A DNA stretch of 7,592 nucleotides from PVC group bacterium (GTDB lineage: Bacteria > GCA-001730085 > JADFSZ01). The position numbers and the translations under genes were made by a program. The notes under the pieces were generated by a model, which ran no database searches, had not been told where the DNA came from, and saw only the letters and a program-made list of their open reading frames with translations. Each line of letters begins with the position of its first letter. Position 1 is the stretch's first letter. Positions 1 to 5,956 of the stretch are shown here, piece after piece. Where the stretch lies: the NCBI GenBank assembly GCA_022560555.1, contig JADFSZ010000085.1, positions 1 through 7,592 on the forward strand, read 5' to 3'.

Positions 1-2
1 CT

Positions 3-533
3 TGCCCTCCTTATGAAACATTGGAAATAATTGTTCAATCACCTTGGATGACTTCAAAGATAAACCCGAAAACAGGGGAAGTGAAAGTTACAGATAAACG
101 GCAAGATACTCCCTATGACGAAGATGATTTCCGGGCCCTTGATCCTTTAAATCACACACGGCTCTTTATCGCGAATCATGATTTAAAGATCCTGGATGAT
201 CTTACCGTTCAGCAAATCTATGTAATTGAGGGTATCTCCCAGATTGATGCGTCCGGGTATCATCGTGTTCGATTGACGGTGGGATATGAATACGGACTCC
301 TTTATTCTATTGAACGTTTTGATGAAAAAAATAACCTGATTGAGAGAATAGAATATGGCGCGTATCAGGAAATTTTTACGGGCTTCTGGTTCCCCTCTAG
401 CAAAATCAAATATTTCAGGGAGCCCGATGGAGGGACTTTGAAAATAGAGACAATCTATTTCCATATTCGCGTCAATATTGGGCTTGATGAACGGGATTTT
501 GAGGCGAGAAAGATTTTGGATTCAATGAGATAG
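3..533 (+). CDS. Hypothetical protein, probably 5'-truncated by the window edge; possible LolA-like / outer-membrane lipoprotein-sorting beta-barrel fold
   Basis: The frame is open from nt 3, with no stop before the TTG at 21 that the ORF track uses as start. The TAG stop is at 531-533. The sequence looks beta-rich and ends ...GFWFPSSKIKYF...IYFHIRVNIGLDERDF, a pattern I associate with LolA-like proteins. The functional call is by eye only and is weak. Confidence 0.6.
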   Translation, partial: CPPYETLEIIVQSPWMTSKINPKTGEVKVTDKRQDTPYDEDDFRALDPLNHTRLFIANHDLKILDDLTVQQIYVIEGISQIDASGYHRVRLTVGYEYGLLYSIERFDEKNNLIERIEYGAYQEIFTGFWFPSSKIKYFREPDGGTLKIETIYFHIRVNIGLDERDFEARKILDSMR

Positions 534-560
534 AACAGGAATAATCATGGAGGTGCTGTT

Positions 561-1001
561 ATGGCAAAAACGTTTATAATTCTAAGTCTTGCAATGGGGC
601 TCATGTTCGTATGTCCGGGGTTTGCCGAGGAAGCCGGGGAAGAGATCCCGGAAGTTCCGCCTATTCCTCAGGAATGGAAGGAAATATCCGGGTTTGGGAC
701 CATAAAGATTATTTATATGTCTTCGACGGGTTTAGAAGACGAAAAATATGTTGAAAAATTCTTAAAGAAAATGGTTAAAAAGGATGTTCCTCTTACACTC
801 TGGATTTTTGATGATGAGGCGACCACTCCCTTTGCTATGCCTTTTACGGATGTTCACAAGAAACACTGGAAGGCCCAATATACATATGATCCCGAAAATA
901 AGAGCGAAGAATTTTCTTTTATTGAACCCATAGATCCTGATAAAATCCCGATTGAACTTAGAGAAATCGAATCGGATATTAAAACGGGTTATTTTGACTG
1001 A
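561..1001 (+). CDS. Secreted hypothetical protein with an N-terminal signal peptide
   Basis: GGAGG at 549-553 lies 7 nt upstream of the ATG at 561. The N-terminus MAKTFIILSLAMGLMFVCPGFA|EEAGEE has a basic start, a hydrophobic core and an A-x-A-like cleavage site, followed by an acidic mature N-terminus. I recognise no family motif. Confidence 0.7.
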   Translation: MAKTFIILSLAMGLMFVCPGFAEEAGEEIPEVPPIPQEWKEISGFGTIKIIYMSSTGLEDEKYVEKFLKKMVKKDVPLTLWIFDDEATTPFAMPFTDVHKKHWKAQYTYDPENKSEEFSFIEPIDPDKIPIELREIESDIKTGYFD

Positions 1002-1017
1002 TGATTATTGGAGCCAT

Positions 1018-1686
1018 ATGAAGGGTAGACTGTATGCCGTCAAAAGTATTTTTGCGTTGCTCATTGTGTGCGCATTGATGGGAATGTTTTATATGAATCA
1101 GCGCAAGGGGACGGCTCAAAATCCTGTTTTGGATAGCGTCATGACTTTGGAGGAGGCCCTCGAGGGGCTTCATCCCGATTGTCCAAAAGAGATTAAAAAC
1201 CAACAGGTTCTCATTGATGTCACGTATTATGGTTTGGATCAATTGATTCATCAGGGACAAATTGTGCTTGATCGGGATCTCAGGCAAGATATCAAACATG
1301 TTTTTCAAATTATGTTAAAAGAACGATTCCCTTTGGCCAGTGTTATTCCTGTTTCAGATCCAAAGTTCCGTTCGGACCGCATATGGGATGATGAATTGTC
1401 CATGGCGCAAAATAATACATCCGGGTTTAATTACCGGTTTATAACGGGTCAAAAGAAAATCTCGGAACACGCGTTAGGACATGCGATTGATATTAATCCC
1501 CTTTTTAATCCGTATATAAAAGGGGCGCTGGTGCTGCCAACGAAGGCCGTATATGACATGAATCAAAGCGGAACTTTGTATAAAGGGCATCCTGTGGTAG
1601 AGACATTTAAATCTTTAGGCTGGACGTGGGGCGGGGATTGGGTCAGCCTGAAGGATTATCAGCATTTTGAGAAAGAAATCCTTTAA
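1018..1686 (+). CDS. M15 family zinc metallopeptidase (VanY / D-alanyl-D-alanine carboxypeptidase-like), N-terminally membrane-anchored
   Basis: It carries the M15 zinc-binding signature SxHxxGxAxD as SEHALGHAIDINP, plus a distal His in DYQHFE. A hydrophobic anchor (SIFALLIVCALMGMFYM) follows the ATG at 1018. I prefer ATG 1018 (GGAG at 1010-1013) to the track start at 952, which would overlap the upstream gene by 50 nt and add a non-hydrophobic extension. Confidence 0.8.
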   Translation: MKGRLYAVKSIFALLIVCALMGMFYMNQRKGTAQNPVLDSVMTLEEALEGLHPDCPKEIKNQQVLIDVTYYGLDQLIHQGQIVLDRDLRQDIKHVFQIMLKERFPLASVIPVSDPKFRSDRIWDDELSMAQNNTSGFNYRFITGQKKISEHALGHAIDINPLFNPYIKGALVLPTKAVYDMNQSGTLYKGHPVVETFKSLGWTWGGDWVSLKDYQHFEKEIL

Positions 1687-1695
1687 AAATCCTGG

Positions 1696-1724
1696 TTGAG
1701 AGAAGCAGGAAAATTTTGTACAAT
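1696..1724 (+). promoter_or_regulatory. Sigma70-type promoter upstream of the zinc-ribbon and histone genes
   Basis: -35 TTGAGA (1696-1701, 5/6 to TTGACA), exact 17-nt spacer, -10 TACAAT (1719-1724, 5/6 to TATAAT). It sits in the 83-nt gap after the M15 gene and about 45 nt upstream of the ATG at 1770. Confidence 0.55.
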
Positions 1725-1769
1725 AGATGCGGATCATTTTGATAGGGGTTACTGTCTAAGAAAGGGATC

Positions 1770-1979
1770 ATGGCCGATAATTATTATCAAAAATTTGTCG
1801 GAAGAAATGCTTCATACGAATGTCCTGGTTGTCACCAGACAAATATTGTCTATCTTGGTTCTTCGATGATACAAAAAAATGAATTTGAGGACGAATGCTA
1901 TGATTGTTCCCGTAAGAACGCGCTTATAGTCAAATTTGATTCCGAAGGACGACCCACTCTTAATCTTAAGACGGATTGA
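1770..1979 (+). CDS. Small zinc-ribbon protein (69 aa, CxxC...CxxC)
   Basis: AAAGGGA at 1761-1767 precedes the ATG at 1770. Two cysteine pairs, CPGC (residues 18-21) and CYDC (43-46), are spaced as in a zinc ribbon. After the second pair comes a beta-strand-like segment, NALIVKF. No catalytic motif is visible. Confidence 0.65.
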   Translation: MADNYYQKFVGRNASYECPGCHQTNIVYLGSSMIQKNEFEDECYDCSRKNALIVKFDSEGRPTLNLKTD

Positions 1980-2070
1980 GGAGTCTGAAAAAAGACTTGA
2001 AATATAACTCAAACCTATGTAAGGTAATTTACCGTTTCTCAATAATGATTTTAACTAAAGGGAGGCTTCT

Positions 2071-2259
2071 ATGGGTGATGATAAAGTGTTAGTTGTGGTT
2101 TCCAAGCTTAAAAATTATGTTCGAGAGAAATCAGGAATGAATACATCGGGCAATGTCGCGCCGAAGCTTTCTGAAAAAGTCCGGGAACTTTGTGACCAGG
2201 CGATTGAAGTCGCGAAGGCTGATGGGCGAAAAACAGTGATGGACAGGGATTTTCAATAA
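2071..2259 (+). CDS. Bacterial histone-fold DNA-binding protein (HBb / Bd0055-like singlet histone)
   Basis: A strong SD, AAAGGGAGG (2057-2065), lies 5 nt before the ATG. The 62-aa product is MGDDKVLVVVSKLKNYVREKSGMNTSGNVAPKLSEKVRELCDQAIEVAKADGRKTVMDRDFQ. The ...AKADGRKTVM.RD... block matches the L2/alpha3 GRKT(I/V)xxxD(I/F) motif of archaeal HMf histones. As I remember it, the whole protein is colinear with Bdellovibrio bacteriovorus Bd0055 (VLVVTSKVKK...GQMNTS...AKADGRKTVMARDI). Confidence 0.85.
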   Translation: MGDDKVLVVVSKLKNYVREKSGMNTSGNVAPKLSEKVRELCDQAIEVAKADGRKTVMDRDFQ

Positions 2260-2297
2260 AAGATTTCCTATGAATACGCTTGCAATTTTAAGCGGTC

Positions 2298-2364
2298 AAT
2301 CCCTCTTGCTTTATGGTTTTAGCGTGAAGAGCGTGAAAAATAAACAGCAAGAGGGATTTTTATT
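2298..2364 (+). terminator. Long hairpin plus U-tract after the histone gene; likely an intrinsic terminator or attenuator that also sequesters the downstream RBS
   Basis: A perfect 13-bp inverted repeat, AATCCCTCTTGCT (2298-2310) / AGCAAGAGGGATT (2346-2358), encloses a 35-nt loop and runs into TTTTTATT (2357-2364). The 3' arm contains GAGGGA (2351-2356), the only SD-like element before the GTG start at 2365. The loop holds a tandem AGCGTGAAG/AGCGTGAAA repeat (2321-2338). Confidence 0.5.
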
Positions 2365-3708
2365 GTGAAATCTCCGACAGTTTATAAGTCCCAAGGGCAG
2401 TTGCCGACAGGTTGGGATTGCAATGTGATTTTTATCGCGAACATCAACTCTTTGTTTTACGGCAATGAATTTGAAACAAATATTTTAAGGAATGAGATTG
2501 GCTCCATTGATACCTACGGGGGCCGGTTGGTTCCGTTTCTGAATCTTCTATTTGACAAATCTCAGAATCTTCTTGTTCTTGAAAGAACCCCTGATCCAAA
2601 GCTCCTGGAATATTTCAAAAAAGATTTAAAATTAAACCTGCCCGAACTATATATCTTAAGTCATGACGCTTATGATAAAATTACGAACTTCCAACAAGGA
2701 TATGAATGTAAGGAATTAAAAGTACTGCGAGACCACCCCGCAAGCCACCTTGATGGCTATGTGACGGATTCCGGCCTTGAAAACCTTGCTGAAAAAATTC
2801 AAAAATCCACCATTTCTACATCAGCCGGCAGCCGGAAGGGAAACAATAAACTCCTGTTACATGAGTTCCTAAAGCAACAGAACTTACCTGTTTTTGACAC
2901 ATTTATTGCCGAAGATAACCGTGCCGTTCAGAAGCATCTTCCTTTGTTAAAAAAAATGGGTTACTCTCGTGCTGTGGTTAAAGCCCAAATTGGAGCCTCC
3001 GGGATTGGGATGGTGCGTATGGATTTAAACCTCCCGCGGGAAATTCCCAAGTATTTATTTTATGAAGGAGCGTGTCTCGTCCAAGGCTGGTTGGATGAGG
3101 AAGTCCCGGGGATTGAACGCGTGGGTTCTCCGAGCATACAAATTTTTGTTAACCATGAAGGGATTTACCTCTGGGACATCACCGAACAAATATTAAGTCC
3201 TGAAAGCGTGCATGAAGGTAATGTGAGTCCGCCTCCTTATTTGGTCGCGATGGATGAAATTTGGACAGAGCTATTTCGTCAAGCCGAATGTGCCGGGCGA
3301 TGGCTCCATAGCCTGGGTTATCGTGGGACGGGCAGTATAGATTTTCTTGTCGTGAAACGTAATAAAAAAAATGAAGTGCGTATATGCGAAATCAATGCCC
3401 GTGTTACAGGAGCAACGTATCCGTCCATGTTGGCAAAACACTTCCTTCCTCACGGAGCATGGTTGATGAGAAATGTTCGATTTTCTCCCACACTTAACAG
3501 CGGCCGGATTTTTGACCGGCTCAAAAAGAAAAACTTACTTTTTTGCAAATCAGACAAAAAGGGAATTCTTCCGATTAATTTTAATCTCGACCGAAAGGAC
3601 CGGGTTTGCAAAGGGCAATTTTTAGCACTGGCAAATACTCATGATGAAGTGGTATCATTAATGGATAATTTTAAGTATGAAAACATAGGAGATTTTGATC
3701 GTGACTGA
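2365..3708 (+). CDS. ATP-grasp fold ligase (peptide/amide-bond-forming family) with an unassigned ~190-aa N-terminal domain
   Basis: ATP-grasp hallmarks appear in order. First comes the Lys plus Gly-rich loop AVVKAQIGASGIGMVRM, then the hinge LVQGWLD. The Mg/ATP-binding E-x-N motif follows, in GSIDFLVVKRNKKNEVRICEINARVTGATYPS. It uses a GTG start with no in-frame ATG nearby. Its stop (TGA, 3706-3708) overlaps the start of the next gene. Confidence 0.8.
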   Translation: MKSPTVYKSQGQLPTGWDCNVIFIANINSLFYGNEFETNILRNEIGSIDTYGGRLVPFLNLLFDKSQNLLVLERTPDPKLLEYFKKDLKLNLPELYILSHDAYDKITNFQQGYECKELKVLRDHPASHLDGYVTDSGLENLAEKIQKSTISTSAGSRKGNNKLLLHEFLKQQNLPVFDTFIAEDNRAVQKHLPLLKKMGYSRAVVKAQIGASGIGMVRMDLNLPREIPKYLFYEGACLVQGWLDEEVPGIERVGSPSIQIFVNHEGIYLWDITEQILSPESVHEGNVSPPPYLVAMDEIWTELFRQAECAGRWLHSLGYRGTGSIDFLVVKRNKKNEVRICEINARVTGATYPSMLAKHFLPHGAWLMRNVRFSPTLNSGRIFDRLKKKNLLFCKSDKKGILPINFNLDRKDRVCKGQFLALANTHDEVVSLMDNFKYENIGDFDRD

Positions 3709-4831
3709 GAATGAACATGATGACCGTATACTGGACCGGCTTGTCGCGTTAACGCGTGATCTGATCCTGATCCCGAGCATCCCGAGCCGTCCCGAAGATA
3801 GACGAAGATGCTATGAATTTGTACGGAATCACTTGGAGGCCATTGAAAACGTTGAAGTTTTTGAGTATGAACATCATGGAATTCCTTCTCTCGTTGCAAT
3901 GCCGGTGAATGTGCGTGAACCGGAAGTCTTGATGTGCGGCCATTTGGACGTCATCACTCATCCGGATGTGTATTCCTATCGATCGTATATCGAAGACGGA
4001 AAGATTTATGGTCCCGGAGCGGGGGATATGAAGGGCGCTCTCGCGATTATGTTGGAAATTCTTCGGGATTTTCACACCAAACATCCAGGAGTATCCCTTG
4101 GTCTTGCCGTGACAGCGGATGAAGAAACAGGCGGAAAAGCGGGTATCGGATACCTTTTTGGAAACACAAATCTTCGATGCGGGGCCGCTTTGATTCCGGA
4201 TGGAGGATCCTTAAACGAAATCACCATTGAGGAAAAGGGGATTCTACATATCAAAATACGCTGCCAAGGAAGAGCGGCACATGCCGCGCGCCCCTGGCTA
4301 GGGGATAATCCGATTGAAAAGTTGATGGATCGTCTGAGCAATTTACAAAAATATTTTTCATCATTTAAACGTGATGAAGATCATTGGTTTCCGACATGCT
4401 CTATTACCATTATCGGCACCGAGAATCAAACGATCAATAGAGTTCCTTCTAACTGTGAAGCTATTTGCGATATCCGCTTTCCTTCTCCTTTTACGATTCA
4501 GGAAATTATGGATAAAACCAGGGAGGTTTTGGGCGCCGATGTCGAAATCGAAGTTGTGATTAGCGCGGAGCCGACTCATTTATCGCCTGATCCGCTGTAT
4601 CAACAAGTCACGGAGGAGATTACAGGAGAGCCGGCCGCGCTCGTTCGAGAGCATGGGGGGAGTGATGCGCGTTTTATTTATGCGGGTGGCGTTCCGATTA
4701 TGATGTCCCGTCCTATTGTCGGGAATTTGCATGCTGAAAACGAATGGATTAATATTCAATCTATGATAAAATACTATAGAATTTACGAGAAATATTTAAC
4801 AATAAAACTCCTAAAAAAATCGAAATCTTAA
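3695..4831 (+). CDS. M20 family metallohydrolase (ArgE/DapE/acylase/carboxypeptidase-type amidohydrolase)
   Basis: M20 metal and catalytic motifs are present: HxD in LMCGHLDVITH, bridging Asp in GPGAGDMKGALA, the Glu-Glu pair in VTADEETGG, and the late HAARPWLGDNPIEK and GGSDARF blocks. The start is ambiguous. TTG 3695 (ORF track) or GTG 3701 is possible, and AGGAG at 3687-3691 gives GTG 3701 the better 9-nt spacing. Either start overlaps the ATP-grasp stop, which suggests translational coupling. Confidence 0.85.
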   Translation: MIVTENEHDDRILDRLVALTRDLILIPSIPSRPEDRRRCYEFVRNHLEAIENVEVFEYEHHGIPSLVAMPVNVREPEVLMCGHLDVITHPDVYSYRSYIEDGKIYGPGAGDMKGALAIMLEILRDFHTKHPGVSLGLAVTADEETGGKAGIGYLFGNTNLRCGAALIPDGGSLNEITIEEKGILHIKIRCQGRAAHAARPWLGDNPIEKLMDRLSNLQKYFSSFKRDEDHWFPTCSITIIGTENQTINRVPSNCEAICDIRFPSPFTIQEIMDKTREVLGADVEIEVVISAEPTHLSPDPLYQQVTEEITGEPAALVREHGGSDARFIYAGGVPIMMSRPIVGNLHAENEWINIQSMIKYYRIYEKYLTIKLLKKSKS

Positions 4832-4852
4832 AAAAGTAAAAAGGAGGGGGCA

Positions 4853-5029
4853 ATGGGACTTATCAGATTTATCGCGTGGGGATGTATGATGATAGGATTA
4901 GGCGGTTTTCTTCTGGATGCGCTTACGGGCATATCCGAAGGAATTTATCATGTGATTCCTTTTTTGCTTGTAGGAGTCGCCATGGAAGCTGTTTATCAAG
5001 AATTAAAGAAGATTCATTCAAAAATGTAA
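4853..5029 (+). CDS. Small membrane protein (58 aa, two predicted hydrophobic helices); not in the supplied ORF track
   Basis: A very strong SD, AAAGGAGGGGG (4840-4850), lies 2 nt before ATG 4853. Translation: MGLIRFIAWGCMMIGLGGFLLDALTGISEGIYHVIPFLLVGVAMEAVYQELKKIHSKM*, with TAA at 5027-5029. It has two hydrophobic segments and a basic C-terminus. It starts 21 nt after the M20 stop, so it likely belongs to the same operon. The overlapping track ORF 4876..5061 has no SD and an implausible Arg/Cys/Ser-rich product. Confidence 0.6.
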   Translation: MGLIRFIAWGCMMIGLGGFLLDALTGISEGIYHVIPFLLVGVAMEAVYQELKKIHSKM

Positions 5030-5057
5030 ATTTGATTTACACTCTCTTTCAAATTTT
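5028..5057 (+). terminator. Weak AT-rich hairpin at the end of the small membrane-protein gene (possible operon terminator)
   Basis: An 8-bp inverted repeat, AAATTTGA (5028-5035) / TCAAATTT (5049-5056), has a 13-nt loop. The stem has only one G:C pair and the trailing T-run is short, so this is marginal. Confidence 0.25.
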
Positions 5058-5242
5058 CTAAGAGATCTTAGATTATTTTGGTAGTTTGTGTATTGTGGAC
5101 TTGATGAAGCCCTTCCGTGGTGATGAGGCAGGATGCATGTTTGTTGAGTCCTGAAAAGTTGTTCCGGATCAGGAATTTTCATAAGTTATTGTTTTTGTTT
5201 CGATTAGGACTCATTCAGCAAAAAAAACTCGCCATTTCTAGT

Positions 5243-5270
5243 TCGACCGCTATAATAACCCTATTATAAT
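5243..5270 (+). promoter_or_regulatory. Candidate sigma70 promoter for the thioredoxin-fold gene
   Basis: -35 TCGACC (5243-5248, 4/6), 16-nt spacer, perfect -10 TATAAT (5265-5270). A second TATAAT at 5251-5256 lacks a credible -35. It lies about 35 nt upstream of ATG 5305. Confidence 0.35.
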
Positions 5271-5304
5271 TATACTGTTACAGTGAAGGTTTTTGGAGGT
5301 TGAT

Positions 5305-5922
5305 ATGAAGGCCAGAACCCCGGTTGTTCTATCTTTGGCTCTTGTCCTGCTTTTATTTGGCACCAAGCTCCTTGTGGCTGAGCCGCTTGTCGCCGAAAAG
5401 GCTCCTGATTTTACGCTGACGGATACGAACGGTGTTTCCCATACGCTTTCGGATTATCAAGGGCGCTATGTTGTCTTGGAATGGGTCAATTATGATTGCC
5501 CTTTCGTTCGTAAACATTATAAGTCGGGAAATATGCAGGACCTGCAAAAGGAGTACACGCAAAGGGAAGTTGTTTGGCTTTCCATATGTTCTTCCGCCGA
5601 AGGGAAGCAGGGCCAATTTTCCAATGCGGAAATCAAGAATCGTATGGACGAATATGACGCGTCGCCGACACATTATTTGAATGATCTAGACGGATCTGTG
5701 GGCAGGCTCTATCAAGCGAAAACGACGCCGCACATGTTTATCATAAATCCCGAGGGCATTTTGGTCTATCAGGGAGCCATTGATAATCACCCGTTTTTTT
5801 GGGAAAAAGGCCTGTTTGATGCCACGAATTATATCCGTGAAGCTTTGGATTATGCCATGAATGGCCAGTCTGTTGCCGTGACAAATACAAAGTCTTACGG
5901 GTGTTCGGTAAAATATAAATAA
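5305..5922 (+). CDS. Secreted thioredoxin-fold (redoxin / AhpC-TSA-like) protein
   Basis: GGAGG (5295-5299) lies 5 nt before ATG 5305, which I prefer to the track's TTG at 5293. The signal peptide is MKARTPVVLSLALVLLLFGTKLLVA. The thioredoxin-fold core is APDFTLTDTNGVSHTLSDYQGRYVVLEWVNYDCPFVRKHY, with a single active-site Cys (CPFV, not CxxC). It also has TPHMFIINPEGILVYQGAID and a C-terminal YGCSVKY, features I recall as typical of a widespread periplasmic redoxin family. Confidence 0.8.
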   Translation: MKARTPVVLSLALVLLLFGTKLLVAEPLVAEKAPDFTLTDTNGVSHTLSDYQGRYVVLEWVNYDCPFVRKHYKSGNMQDLQKEYTQREVVWLSICSSAEGKQGQFSNAEIKNRMDEYDASPTHYLNDLDGSVGRLYQAKTTPHMFIINPEGILVYQGAIDNHPFFWEKGLFDATNYIREALDYAMNGQSVAVTNTKSYGCSVKYK

Positions 5923-5956
5923 AGCAGAAAAGTTAGAGAGGAATGAAAGGCTAAGC

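Noticed and set aside
531-563. ORF1 (TAG stop at 531-533) and ORF2 (ATG 561) are in the same frame, which could suggest TAG readthrough or a split gene. The speE TAG observation made this worth considering.
   Set aside because: ORF2 has its own GGAGG and a classic N-terminal signal peptide, so it is an independent gene. Sharing a frame has a 1-in-3 chance. The 9 intervening codons (NRNNHGGAV) show no coding character.
952-1017. Track start at 952 for the M15 peptidase, giving a 50-nt overlap with the upstream gene.
   Set aside because: ATG 1018 has a GGAG just upstream and begins directly with the basic-then-hydrophobic membrane anchor. The extra 22 residues (MNLEKSNRILKRVILTDDYWSH) are read from the 3' end of the preceding gene in another frame.
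1770-1979. Calling the Zn-ribbon protein an actual LysW amino-group carrier protein.
   Set aside because: It lacks the acidic C-terminal EDWGE-type tail used for substrate attachment. The LysZ/LysY/LysJ-type enzymes are absent from the window. Only the component architecture is similar, so it is kept as a hypothesis and not an annotation.
2321-2338. Tandem AGCGTGAAG/AGCGTGAAA repeat, considered as a CRISPR or other repeat array.
   Set aside because: There are only two adjacent 9-nt units with no spacers, inside a hairpin loop. It is too short to be CRISPR or a mobile-element repeat.
183-4579. Minus-strand ORFs inside the plus-strand genes: 183..464, 979..1308, 1812..2042, 3271..3453, 3639..3899, 3749..4084, 4072..4341, 4361..4579. 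Also the plus-strand off-frame ORFs 3934..4122 and 4371..4559.
   Set aside because: All lie antisense to, or out of frame within, genes with clear family motifs. They have no SD motifs and give low-complexity or Arg/Ser/Ile-rich products typical of shadow ORFs.
4876-5061. 61-aa ORF from the track (MGMYDDRIRRFSSGCAYGHIRRNLSC...).
   Set aside because: It has no SD and an implausible composition. It overlaps the better-supported 4853..5029 small membrane-protein ORF, which has a very strong SD.
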